From NCBI GenBank assembly GCA_001788015.1, contig MFZO01000044.1, positions 1 through 62,393 on the forward strand: DNA of 62,393 bases. The letters run 5' to 3'. The position numbers and the translations under genes are program-made. Position 1 is the stretch's first letter, and each line of letters begins with the position of its first letter. Below, one piece after another: positions 20,582-29,830 of this stretch. Below the pieces are notes generated by a model, which searched no databases, had not been told where the DNA came from, and was given only the letters and a program-made list of their open reading frames with translations. The stretch is from Candidatus Roizmanbacteria bacterium RIFCSPHIGHO2_02_FULL_38_11. Lineage in GTDB: Bacteria; Patescibacteriota; Microgenomatia; UBA1406; GWC2-37-13.

Positions 20582-21580
20582 ATGATTGATTTAAATCCTC
20601 CTGAGGGTTGGACAAAAGACGGTAGTGATTTGCCAGGCGATCAATATTTAGAATTACGTCGAGAAGTACAATTAATAAAGAAACCTTCAGATTGTGAAGT
20701 CGTTAAATATCAGCCTCCACAACCTTTTATTGTGTTACCAGACTATGATCCGGAAAATAAGACGCGTAGATTTATCAGATTAACAGAAACAGGATTAGTA
20801 GTTACTTACAATCAAGAATTAGATTATTATCATTATCTTAAAGGAAAAGACTCAAGCGTTAATTTTGATATGTATCTTTCAGCTGAAGCGAGGAAACTTA
20901 TGACGCAGTTGGGTTGGAAAAGAATAAGAGATTTATTTCAGATAGATATAGAATATATTAATAATAAGCCTTTCGGTGCAAGATCGCTAGATCCAACAAG
21001 AGAACTAAATGAAGCCCAGATAAGAAGGAGTATTAATAAAGTTTCTGATGAATTACAAAAAGTCATAGGAATTCCAATAGCGATAAAAGGGACAGGGAAG
21101 ATAGTTAATCCAGTTTATGAGTGGGAGTTTAATAGAGTCAGAGAAGATTTAATTGGGCAGTATTTAAGAATGAGGCAACTACAAGTTGAAGCAAGAACCG
21201 TATTAACAGATGAGCAAAAACGGATAATCGAACTTTTACCAGTTTACGGCGTAATAAAATATCCTATTGAAACTAAAGAAAAATATCAGGAATGGTTAAT
21301 TATGAAGAAGGTTGTAGATGGAAAAATGGTTAAGGATGTTCCATATGTAATGGCGATGCCAGGTGCGCGTCCAGAAGATAGTATTAAATATGGTTTTGAT
21401 GATGATAAATATTCGGAGTTGGCTGGGGCTTTAGGATTAAGAAGACATCCTTTATGGAGTGATGCTCTACGTAGTTTAAGATCGCAAGGTTTAAGTATTA
21501 GTGACCTTGCGGGAAGAAATATCTTAGAGCAAATGACTCCAAGTGGAGGAAAACGTTATACTATTATCGATCAAAAATAG
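20582..21580 (+). CDS. hypothetical protein with kinase-like motifs
   Basis: IAIK, WLIMKKV, SDLAGRNIL and IIDQ occur in protein-kinase-like order. Confidence 0.5.
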   Translation: MIDLNPPEGWTKDGSDLPGDQYLELRREVQLIKKPSDCEVVKYQPPQPFIVLPDYDPENKTRRFIRLTETGLVVTYNQELDYYHYLKGKDSSVNFDMYLSAEARKLMTQLGWKRIRDLFQIDIEYINNKPFGARSLDPTRELNEAQIRRSINKVSDELQKVIGIPIAIKGTGKIVNPVYEWEFNRVREDLIGQYLRMRQLQVEARTVLTDEQKRIIELLPVYGVIKYPIETKEKYQEWLIMKKVVDGKMVKDVPYVMAMPGARPEDSIKYGFDDDKYSELAGALGLRRHPLWSDALRSLRSQGLSISDLAGRNILEQMTPSGGKRYTIIDQK

Positions 21581-21708
21581 AGATGGTGAATAAGCAAATT
21601 ACACAAAGATCACCAATGAATTTTCTTTTACTTAAAGGAACTGTAAAAGGAAATAAAAAATTTAATGATAAAAAAGCTGATAGAAAAGTAAAAGAGTTTA
21701 TTAAAAAG

Positions 21709-23139
21709 TCATATAAGTAAAAAATAAGAAAGTGGAACGGTTACCGCATTTTTTTCTTCATTGAGTTTTAATGGAGCCGTGGAAATAACTAATCCATATT
21801 TTGATTTAACTCTTTTATTTGTATTACTAATCTGCAAGAAACCTTTTTCCCCATAACCTGATTCCAAAATAATATTATCTTGACCAACTCTGATGATAAA
21901 ATCAGCGCCTCCCTGAGAACTATCGTATGTAAGCGAATAAGCTGAAGCCCACAAATTTCTGGTAAGATAAAGACCAATGGTATCTTCAAGTAGTTTACCC
22001 ATATAACTAGTTTCACCAATTGTATTGCTTATGAAGTTGTAATACATTGACCTGAAGGCGGGAGAGGCAAATAAATATTTTGATGGTTTTCTCACCTGCG
22101 TCATATGAGAACCATACGGATAAATTCTGATTAAGGTTTCTGTTTTTTCTAGAATTGATAAAATTTCGGTTAGGGTTATTTTACTGATATCTAAATCTTT
22201 TGCTAGGTTTGTAACGCTCAACATATCAGATGCAGCTACTGTATATAGAACCTCCGGAATTTTTGAGATGATGTCGCTTTTAAATTGACTTTGCTCGACT
22301 ATATCTATACTAACAATACGGTCGATAATTTTTTTTATTTGATCATATACAAGGCCTTCGTTTTTCAGTTTTACCGCAAATGGTAAAGTGCCATATTTCA
22401 TGTATCTGTCAATTTCCATTCTTTCAATATCTAACCAATATTTTCTAACTTTTGGTTCTAGGAATTTAACTGATGTATAAACCCGCTCTGCGTTATTAGA
22501 TTTAAAAATTGCTGTTCTTAAGTCATTGGCTAATCCTGAAATTTCGAATTTGGTGTTTTTAATTTTTATATACTCAGTAAAGCTCATCGGAAATAATTTT
22601 TCCGATATTGTTCTTCTGGCAACGTCTGGATTGTTTTGTAATGATAAAGCCGATGATCCAGTTGCAAAAATAAATATTTTATTAGTTCTATCATAGATAG
22701 ATTTAAGTGTTATGGCCCATTTCTTGTCGTATTGCACTTCATCCAAAAAGAGGATAAGAGGTTTTTCTAATCTCTCAAATGCAGTTCCAATGATTTCTTC
22801 GTAAACTGTTAAAACTTCAATTAAAGATACACCAATAAGTTGGGTTATTTGATCTACGGATAAATACAATTTATCTACTCGTTGAGTATCAGTTTCAAAA
22901 TAGAGTTGAGATAAGAGAGTCGTTTTTCCTACTCCTCTAAACCCAGTGATGACTAACCAGCGAATCGCAATTTGACCAGATATAAAGTTTCTAAGAAACA
23001 TCCGCAATCTTACAAAGCAATTACGGGTAGGGTTCTTATTATTATTTTCATCAAACACATACGCTCTTGCTCTAAAATCCGCTTGAGCAATCTGATCCTG
23101 CAAATATTTAAATATTTTCTCCTTTTTTTCAGTTGTCAT
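21709..23139 (-). CDS. AAA_14 ATPase with DUF4143-like C-terminus
   Basis: GFRGVGKTT, LFLDEVQ, ATGSS, LFPMSFTEY, RKPSKYLF. Confidence 0.9.
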   Translation of the reverse strand: MTTEKKEKIFKYLQDQIAQADFRARAYVFDENNNKNPTRNCFVRLRMFLRNFISGQIAIRWLVITGFRGVGKTTLLSQLYFETDTQRVDKLYLSVDQITQLIGVSLIEVLTVYEEIIGTAFERLEKPLILFLDEVQYDKKWAITLKSIYDRTNKIFIFATGSSALSLQNNPDVARRTISEKLFPMSFTEYIKIKNTKFEISGLANDLRTAIFKSNNAERVYTSVKFLEPKVRKYWLDIERMEIDRYMKYGTLPFAVKLKNEGLVYDQIKKIIDRIVSIDIVEQSQFKSDIISKIPEVLYTVAASDMLSVTNLAKDLDISKITLTEILSILEKTETLIRIYPYGSHMTQVRKPSKYLFASPAFRSMYYNFISNTIGETSYMGKLLEDTIGLYLTRNLWASAYSLTYDSSQGGADFIIRVGQDNIILESGYGEKGFLQISNTNKRVKSKYGLVISTAPLKLNEEKNAVTVPLSYFLLI

Positions 23140-23145
23140 AAGACT

Positions 23146-23200
23146 AGTATATTGTAGTATACTAGAAATGTCAAGTACTAGTATATTCTAGTAGACTAGA
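23146..23200 (-). promoter_or_regulatory. sigma70 promoter embedded in CTAG repeats
   Basis: Minus strand TTGACA-N17-TATACT ending 6 nt before the ATG. Confidence 0.75.
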
Positions 23201-23235
23201 CGCGATTTCCTTATATATTAGATTTATTTAGTAGG

Positions 23236-24114
23236 TTATTCAATAAAATCTTTTTCCTCTTTTTTTAATGAAGCAACGTAGGCGGCGGGAATTTGAAATA
23301 TAAATTCAGATGTTGATGCCTTTGCAAAATAATTATTTTCATCCTGTTGATAAAATTCGACAGATTTTTCTTGACTGCCTTCCTTAATTTTTATACTGTC
23401 TGGCACTACTGCTGGAAGATTTGTTTCTTTTGGAAGAATATCGGTTGCCTTTAGTGTTTTAAGGTCGTTTATAAAAAAATCAACGCGATCTTTTTTGGCT
23501 GTTTTGTTTCCAATTTTCCAATCGCTCTTTTGTTTTAAAAGAGTTGTCAGTATATCGTTATAGCCAATATCAATCAACGTGACTTTTGTTTCATCGTTTA
23601 TAAGACGGACTAGAAGATCCCGATAGTCATCCGAAGTAAACGCTTCATCAAATCCTTCTGCTGTAAAAACTTCATTTTCGTCACCGATCCGTATATAGTT
23701 TTTTGCTATTCCCGATGAGTTGCCTATGTAAAATACATAAGATTTACCTTTTGTTTTGACTTCTATTTTTTGTCTGTCTATACCCAGTTCTTTATGTTTA
23801 TTCTTGTTATTTGAGACGACGTCACCTTTAATCAAGTTGACAATACCGTTTACTATTTTATTTATTCTCTCCTCATCGGCTCTGAACTCATTGTTGTCTT
23901 TTTTGAAATACCAAAGTTTATCCTTTTTATAAAGTTGGATAATCTTGTCATTAGTTAAAAGCATCTCTCTAATTTGTTCTTTTTTAAGCGATGAAAATAG
24001 TTGATTCGGTTTTTGGATTAAGAATTGTGGAAGCTGATTTTTTAAAATAAATATAACTGCAGCGATTAGAAGAATTATCATCAGCTGTATAAGTCTTGTT
24101 CGGTTACGTTTCAT
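23236..24114 (-). CDS. DUF4340 domain protein
   Basis: N-terminal TM; duplicated L.K...W....ADE.RI/KDRV units; FYIGN...NYIR..DYRD. Confidence 0.75.
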   Translation of the reverse strand: MKRNRTRLIQLMIILLIAAVIFILKNQLPQFLIQKPNQLFSSLKKEQIREMLLTNDKIIQLYKKDKLWYFKKDNNEFRADEERINKIVNGIVNLIKGDVVSNNKNKHKELGIDRQKIEVKTKGKSYVFYIGNSSGIAKNYIRIGDENEVFTAEGFDEAFTSDDYRDLLVRLINDETKVTLIDIGYNDILTTLLKQKSDWKIGNKTAKKDRVDFFINDLKTLKATDILPKETNLPAVVPDSIKIKEGSQEKSVEFYQQDENNYFAKASTSEFIFQIPAAYVASLKKEEKDFIE

Positions 24115-24158
24115 ACTATGATAGAATATTATAGCAAGTCAAACTTGCCTATGCCAAC

Positions 24159-24713
24159 ATGTTAAATGGAGAAGAAGAAAAAACTTTAGTTCAAAAGATT
24201 ATACACAAGGATGAAAAAGCCTTACTTACTATATATCGTTTATACAAAAAATCCATTCATAATTTTATTTATCGAAAACTGAAAGACTATCATACCGCAG
24301 AAGAAATCACGCAAGACGTTTTTTTAGATTTCATAGAGGCTCTACGTGATTTCCGCTTTCAAAGTTCGATAAAAACCTTTCTCTATTCTATCGCCCGAAA
24401 TAAGACGATTGACTTTATCAGGAAAAAAAAGCTCAAAAAAATTCTTTTTTCTGCTCTTCCGCCGTATTTTATTGAAGGTCTAAAAACTATATTTATTGAC
24501 GAAGAGCTTGAGAAAAAAGAGCTTTCCAAAAAGATAAAGGAAACCTTAGAGATGTTGCCAAATGATTATCAATTTGTTTTGAGACTCAAATACATGGAAG
24601 GCGAAAAAGTAAATAATATTGCAAAAAAGTTAGCATTAGGTTTTAAGGCAACCGAAAGTTTATTATTTAGGGCGCGCAAGGCATTTATTAAAGTTTTCGA
24701 AACTTTACCATAG
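24159..24713 (+). CDS. ECF RNA polymerase sigma factor
   Basis: AEEITQDVF, FLYSIARNKTIDFIRK (region 2); IAKKL...ESLLFRAR (region 4). Confidence 0.93.
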   Translation: MLNGEEEKTLVQKIIHKDEKALLTIYRLYKKSIHNFIYRKLKDYHTAEEITQDVFLDFIEALRDFRFQSSIKTFLYSIARNKTIDFIRKKKLKKILFSALPPYFIEGLKTIFIDEELEKKELSKKIKETLEMLPNDYQFVLRLKYMEGEKVNNIAKKLALGFKATESLLFRARKAFIKVFETLP

Positions 24714-24720
24714 TCATTTA

Positions 24721-24787
24721 TGTCATGCTGAACTAGTTTCAGCATCTGATTTTAGATAGCAGATCCTGAAATAAATTCAGGATGACA
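24721..24787. repeat. GTCAT...ATGAC palindromic element
   Basis: TGTCATGCTGAACTAGTTTCAGCATCT...AGATCCTGAAATAAATTCAGGATGACA. Confidence 0.85.
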
Positions 24788-24797
24788 CAAAGAGCGA

Positions 24798-25031
24798 ATG
24801 AAAACATTTCAATATAAGCTTCAAAGAAAATTAGATGAAGTTTATTCGGTTGAGTCAAACGATCTTGGCGTTGATCTTTTGACTTTTATTTATAAGAAAA
24901 GTACTTCATACCTTAAGAGTTTGCCCTTTGTGATTATAATTCCTTTGTCTTTATTTGTTGCGGTTTTGGTTTATCTTTTAATCGGGCGTATAGCTATTAA
25001 AGTGACATCCTTACTGCAATATGGATTTTAG
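24798..25031 (+). CDS. small single-TM protein
   Basis: 77 aa, one hydrophobic helix, directly downstream of the ECF sigma. Confidence 0.7.
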   Translation: MKTFQYKLQRKLDEVYSVESNDLGVDLLTFIYKKSTSYLKSLPFVIIIPLSLFVAVLVYLLIGRIAIKVTSLLQYGF

Positions 25032-25638
25032 TAAACACGGTTTTACAGTTGACTTATTATCTTCTTTTGTTTTAGTTGTCAGGAATTTTTTTCTTCTAAC
25101 ATTCTTCCCTTATAAAGCCATGCGGAAGATTGCAGAAGGAAAAGATTATTGGCAGATCGGGATAATATTTAGTCTAGTTTTTATCTATTTTAAGTTTGCC
25201 TATTTTTTGCGTGATAAACCGTATCCAGCGACCTTTATTTTTTTTGTATTTTTATTGCATTTTTTTTTGAGTGTATTTTTTTTCTATTTTCTGTCTTCGA
25301 TTGCAAAAAAAAATCTGAAGATTTCAAGTTTTATTTTTACTTTTTCATACGCTCTTTTACCAACACTCATTTGGTTTTCAACGACCTCAGTTTTATTTAT
25401 TGTTCTTCCGCCCCCACGTACTTTTTCTTTAACGGGTGGGGCTTTTACTATCTTTTTTACAGCTTATTCGTTGAGTCTTTTGGCTTGGAAAGTTATTTTG
25501 GTTTATCTGGCAATCCGTTTTTCAACAAAACTTAATTTTTATCGGGTTGTTTACCTTATGATTTTGTATTTTGCCTGGTTTATACCTTATTCAGTACTTC
25601 TTTACTACAACAGAATCTTCAGAATTCCATTTATTTGA
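25021..25638 (+). CDS. YIP1-like multi-TM protein
   Basis: ~5 TM; PYKAMRKI and FSYALLP motifs. Confidence 0.6.
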   Translation: MDFSKHGFTVDLLSSFVLVVRNFFLLTFFPYKAMRKIAEGKDYWQIGIIFSLVFIYFKFAYFLRDKPYPATFIFFVFLLHFFLSVFFFYFLSSIAKKNLKISSFIFTFSYALLPTLIWFSTTSVLFIVLPPPRTFSLTGGAFTIFFTAYSLSLLAWKVILVYLAIRFSTKLNFYRVVYLMILYFAWFIPYSVLLYYNRIFRIPFI

Positions 25639-25660
25639 AGGTGGGTCATTAATTCACCTT

Positions 25661-25815
25661 CATCCCGAAGCCACGTCAGACGTGGCGAATGCTATAGGCG
25701 AGGGATCTAATAACCTATGAGATCCTTCGACTCCCCTTCGACTTTGCTCAGGGTCCCTCAGAGCTTGTCCTGAACTTGATTCAGGAATAAACGTGGGAAT
25801 TACGCCCCACGTTCA
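25661..25815. repeat. composite palindromic element cluster
   Basis: CATCCCGAAGCCACGTCAGACGTGGC..GAGGGATCT, CCTTCGACTTTGCTCAGG, CCTGAACTTGATTCAGG, AACGTGGG..CCCACGTT. Confidence 0.75.
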
Positions 25816-25829
25816 TTTATTTAGAAGGA

Positions 25830-27008
25830 ATGATTTTATCTTCACCTTCGACTTTAATAGATGTGAACACCTCTAACTTGTTTAAAAGATTATCGGAATT
25901 TAAAAGCCCAAAAGAACGTCGTGATTTTTTGAAAAATAAACTCAAAATAAAATTAGACTTAATAGAAAAGGCTCTAGTTGAAAAAGAAAAAGATTTACAT
26001 TGCGAGAATTTGGTCGGAGCAACAATATTGCCGTTGGGAGTTGCAGGACCGTTAAAAATTGAAAGTGAAAAGTTAAAAGTTAAAAGTTATTATATCCCTT
26101 TGGCTACCACAGAGGGCGCTTTGGTGGCCTCGGTAAATCGAGGCTGTAAGGCTATTACACTATCGGGCGGTGCTTATGTGAATACTCATAGAATTGGAGC
26201 AACAAGAGGGCCGGTTTTTTACACTGGTTCTATTAGAAAGGGTGAATATTTTTATCGATGGCTAAAGAAAAATAGCGATCAAATTGCTAAAGTTGCAGAA
26301 AGTACATCTTCTCATCTTAAATTCAAAAAATACGACATCAAAACAGTAGCAGATTATGCCTATGTTCGGTTTTATTACGATACACAGGACGCTATGGGAA
26401 TGAATATGGCTACAATCGCTACTCAAAAGATAATTGAGATGATTGAAAAAGAAACAAAAATAAAATGTCTATCTATAGCAGGAAATTTTGACAATGATAA
26501 AAAACCTGCCTGGATTAACTTTATCAATAATCGTGGGTTTAAGGCATGGGGAGAGGTAATTCTTTCAAAAAAAGTTATCAGAGAAGTTTTGAAATCAAGA
26601 GCCGAAGATATTTTTGAAGTCTGGTTGGCAAAATGTATGGTTGGTTCCGCAATGAGTGGATCTTCGGGATTTAACTCTCATTTCGCTAATGTTATTGCAG
26701 CCTTTTTTGCAGCAACTGGCCAAGATCTGGCTCATGTAGTTGAGGGAAGTTTGGGAATAACCATTGTTAAAGTTTTAGACAATGGAAGTCTATATTTTTC
26801 TGTTTATTTACCGGCACTAATGCTTGGAACAGTTGGAGGTGGAACGCAATTAAAAACAAAACAAGAAGCGCTTTCTATTGTTGGAGCAAAAACATCTCTA
26901 GAATTGGCAGAAGTTTTGGCTGGTGTAGTGCTGGCAGGAGAGATATCACTTTTGGCATCCTTAGCTGAAGGAACTTTGGCTAAGGTGCATGAGAGACTAG
27001 GACGTTAA
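25830..27008 (+). CDS. hmgA: HMG-CoA reductase, class I (NADPH)
   Basis: CENLVG, PLATTEGALVASVNRG, DAMGMNM, DKK, GTVGGGT, HERLGR. Confidence 0.96.
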   Translation: MILSSPSTLIDVNTSNLFKRLSEFKSPKERRDFLKNKLKIKLDLIEKALVEKEKDLHCENLVGATILPLGVAGPLKIESEKLKVKSYYIPLATTEGALVASVNRGCKAITLSGGAYVNTHRIGATRGPVFYTGSIRKGEYFYRWLKKNSDQIAKVAESTSSHLKFKKYDIKTVADYAYVRFYYDTQDAMGMNMATIATQKIIEMIEKETKIKCLSIAGNFDNDKKPAWINFINNRGFKAWGEVILSKKVIREVLKSRAEDIFEVWLAKCMVGSAMSGSSGFNSHFANVIAAFFAATGQDLAHVVEGSLGITIVKVLDNGSLYFSVYLPALMLGTVGGGTQLKTKQEALSIVGAKTSLELAEVLAGVVLAGEISLLASLAEGTLAKVHERLGR

Positions 27009-27026
27009 AAATTAATAATTAATCAA

Positions 27027-27086
27027 TGTCATGCTGAACTTGTTTCAGCATCTGTTTTGAGATCCCGAAACAAGTTCGGGATGACG
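27027..27086. repeat. GTCAT...ATGAC palindromic element
   Basis: TGTCATGCTGAACTTGTTTCAGCATCT..AGATCCCGAAACAAGTTCGGGATGAC; near-copy of the 24721 element. Confidence 0.85.
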
Positions 27087-27095
27087 TAATGAATT

Positions 27096-28118
27096 ATGGT
27101 TGGTATAGTTTCCTACGGTTTTTATATTCCAAAGTATCGTATAAAAGTCGAAGAGATAGCAAAAGTTTGGGGTAAGAATCCGGAAGATGTAAAAAAATCC
27201 CTGCAGATAAATGAGAAAGCCGTTTCTAGCAACGACGAGGACTCTTTAACTATGGCTTACGAATCTGCCTCCATGGCCTTAGACGATTTGCCATTGAAAA
27301 AAGATGATATTAAAGTAATTTTTTTTGGATCAGAAACCTCTCCTTATGTAGTCAACCCTGCCTCGACTATTCTAGGTGAGTTTTTAGGAATAGATCATAA
27401 CTATCTTGCCTATGATACGCAGTTTGCCTGTAAAGCGACAACAGGCGCATTGATATCAGGAGTATCTCTAATTAAGTCAAATTTTACGAAATATGCCTTG
27501 ATTGTTGCTTCTGATAAAGCCAATGCTAAACCGCATGATGCACTTGAATATACTACCTCGTCAGGGTCGACTGCCTTTTTATTAGGAAAAGAAAATGTAG
27601 CCTTAGAAATTATTGCTGCAAATTCTTATTCTTCTGATACGCCAGATTTCTGGAGAAGAGAAGGAATCCGTTACCCTTCGCATGGAGGAAGATTTACCGG
27701 CAAACCATCTTATTTTTTTCATATAAATCAGGCTGTAAAAAAATTGCTTGATAAAACCAATTTAAAACCTTCGGACTTTACTTATGCTGTTTTTCACATG
27801 CCAAACGGCAAATTTCCCCGGGAAGTTGCCAGATCCTTAGGATTTTCGAGTGACCAGATTGAACCTTCTTTGATAGTTGATTATTTAGGTAATTCTTATA
27901 CTGCTACAGCCTTAATGGGTTTAGTTTCGGTCTTGGAAAAAGCAAAAAGTGGAGAGATGATTCTGCTCGCTTCTTATGGATCCGGTGCAGGTTCAGATAC
28001 ATTTGTTTTTAAAGTAACAAGTCATTTGGAAAAAAGAAGAAAAACTTTTAGAAAATTGATTGAAGATAAAAAATATATCGATTACCCAACCTATTTGAAG
28101 TTTATGAACACGATTTAA
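27096..28118 (+). CDS. HMG-CoA synthase, archaeal type
   Basis: DEDSLTMA, QFACKA catalytic Cys, DTPDFWRR, FHMPNGKFP, SYGSGAGSD. Confidence 0.94.
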   Translation: MVGIVSYGFYIPKYRIKVEEIAKVWGKNPEDVKKSLQINEKAVSSNDEDSLTMAYESASMALDDLPLKKDDIKVIFFGSETSPYVVNPASTILGEFLGIDHNYLAYDTQFACKATTGALISGVSLIKSNFTKYALIVASDKANAKPHDALEYTTSSGSTAFLLGKENVALEIIAANSYSSDTPDFWRREGIRYPSHGGRFTGKPSYFFHINQAVKKLLDKTNLKPSDFTYAVFHMPNGKFPREVARSLGFSSDQIEPSLIVDYLGNSYTATALMGLVSVLEKAKSGEMILLASYGSGAGSDTFVFKVTSHLEKRRKTFRKLIEDKKYIDYPTYLKFMNTI

Positions 28119-28121
28119 GAA

Positions 28122-28190
28122 AGTCAATTAGTTAGTTTGTTAGTTAATTGCTTAGTTTTAAATCTAATTTACTAATAACTAAGTAACCAA
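28122..28190. repeat. short-period inverted repeat
   Basis: TTAGTTAG/TTTGTTAG units mirrored by CTAATAAC/TAAGTAAC units. Confidence 0.5.
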
Positions 28191-28199
28191 AAAACTACT

Positions 28200-29351
28200 A
28201 TGGTTTCACTTATAGGCTATTACACCACACAGTTTGGAGAACTTTGGGAAAAATCATTATCAGATTTGATCGAAGAAGCTATAAACGGAGTTTTAAAAAA
28301 TACTAGATTGGATAAAAAGCAGATTGGTGCGATTTTTTTTTCTAATATGTTAGCGGGAGTTTTGGAAAATAATTTACATACGGTCTCAAAAATAGCCGAA
28401 ATATTAGGGGTAAATATTCCAATATTCAGAGTCGAAGCAGCCTGTGCTTCAGGCGGTGTAGCTTTTCATCTGGCAAAAAATTACTTGGATGCTAATCCAG
28501 GCAAAAATGTTTTAGTTATTGGGGCGGAAAAAATGACCGATTATTCTCCGGAAGAGACAACATCTGCCTTAGCTTCGGCTGCGTCAGGAGAAGAGCAAGA
28601 GGCTGGCCTGACTTTCCCGGGACTCTATGCTATGATGGCTCAATATTATTTAGGTAAATATAAATATACGGAGGAAAATTTGGCTTACGTCAGCCTTAAG
28701 AATCATTATCATGGGACATTGAATGACAAAGCTCATTTTAGAAAACAAATCACAATAGAACAGGTAATGAGCAGTCCTTATATTGCCTATCCACTAAAAG
28801 TTTTGGATTCGTGTACTGTTTCGGATGGTGCTTCGGCTCTTGTTTTATCCAGTGATCGGAATGTCGGAAGAAAAGAAAAAAGTGAAATCAAAGTTTTAGC
28901 CAGTGAAACAGCAAACGACAAAATTTCTTTGAAAGAGAGAAATAGTATAGATGAAATTTTAGCAACAGAAATTTCTGCAGATAAAGCCTTTACAAAGGCT
29001 AAAGTTAATCGAAAAGATATAAAAGTAGCAGAAGTGCACGACTGTTTTTCGATAGCTGAGCTTTTAGCTATGGAGGATCTTGGATTTTGGAAAAAAGGAA
29101 AAGGAGGAAAAAGAATAAAAGAGCTGTCGACAATGTATGGTTCAGATGGCGATTTAATTGTAAACACATCTGGAGGACTCAAAGCGTCGGGTCATCCGGT
29201 AGGCGCAACCGGCATAAAACAAATTGGTGAGATTTTTTTACAGCTTACTGGTCAGGCAACAAACAGACAGGTAAATGGTGCTAAATTTGGATTGGCTCAT
29301 AATGTTGGAGGCAGCGGCGGAACAGCAGTTGTGACAATACTTGGAGTTTAA
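28200..29351 (+). CDS. acetyl-CoA acetyltransferase (archaeal/SCP2-type thiolase)
   Basis: VEAACASGG, EVHDCF, GHPVGATG, HNVGG. Confidence 0.93.
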   Translation: MVSLIGYYTTQFGELWEKSLSDLIEEAINGVLKNTRLDKKQIGAIFFSNMLAGVLENNLHTVSKIAEILGVNIPIFRVEAACASGGVAFHLAKNYLDANPGKNVLVIGAEKMTDYSPEETTSALASAASGEEQEAGLTFPGLYAMMAQYYLGKYKYTEENLAYVSLKNHYHGTLNDKAHFRKQITIEQVMSSPYIAYPLKVLDSCTVSDGASALVLSSDRNVGRKEKSEIKVLASETANDKISLKERNSIDEILATEISADKAFTKAKVNRKDIKVAEVHDCFSIAELLAMEDLGFWKKGKGGKRIKELSTMYGSDGDLIVNTSGGLKASGHPVGATGIKQIGEIFLQLTGQATNRQVNGAKFGLAHNVGGSGGTAVVTILGV

Positions 29352-29361
29352 TTTTATTATT

Positions 29362-29479
29362 TGTCATCCTGAACTCGTTTCAGGATCTGGATTGTCATTC
29401 CAGCCCCGTATCTAAGTACGGGGTAAACTCCAGCGGGAATCCATAATTATATAGATTCCGGATCAAGTCCGGAATGACG
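29362..29479. repeat. composite GTCAT...ATGAC palindromic element
   Basis: Two GTCAT arms, nested CCCCGTA..TACGGGG hairpin, GATTCCGGATCAAGTCCGGAATGAC arm. Confidence 0.85.
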
Positions 29480-29489
29480 AGGAGGTAAT

Positions 29490-29792
29490 ATGATTTCACC
29501 CGTCAAAATTTGGCGAAGACAAAAACAGGTCAGAAGACTCCTTCATAGGAAGGGAAAAATATTGACGTGGACGGTAATTTATGTTACCGGGGACGAATTT
29601 AAAAAATTTGCCCCATATCCTGTTGTAATTGTAAAGTTAGAGAATGGTGAAAATGTGACCGCGCCAATGGTGGATTATGAGAAAGAAGATTTGCGAATCG
29701 GAAAAAGGGTTAAAGTTGTCTTAAGAAAAGTTAGAGAGGGATCAGCAGAGGATGTTTTAGTTTATGGTATTAAACTAAAACCCCTGAAGTAG
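29490..29792 (+). CDS. DUF35 OB-fold protein (no Zn ribbon)
   Basis: GKILTWTVI...APYPVVIVKLENG...IGKRVKVVLRK...YGIK; follows the thiolase. Confidence 0.88.
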   Translation: MISPVKIWRRQKQVRRLLHRKGKILTWTVIYVTGDEFKKFAPYPVVIVKLENGENVTAPMVDYEKEDLRIGKRVKVVLRKVREGSAEDVLVYGIKLKPLK

Positions 29793-29830
29793 AACAAAGT
29801 TCACTTCAGGCCAAACAATAAATTTATAAT

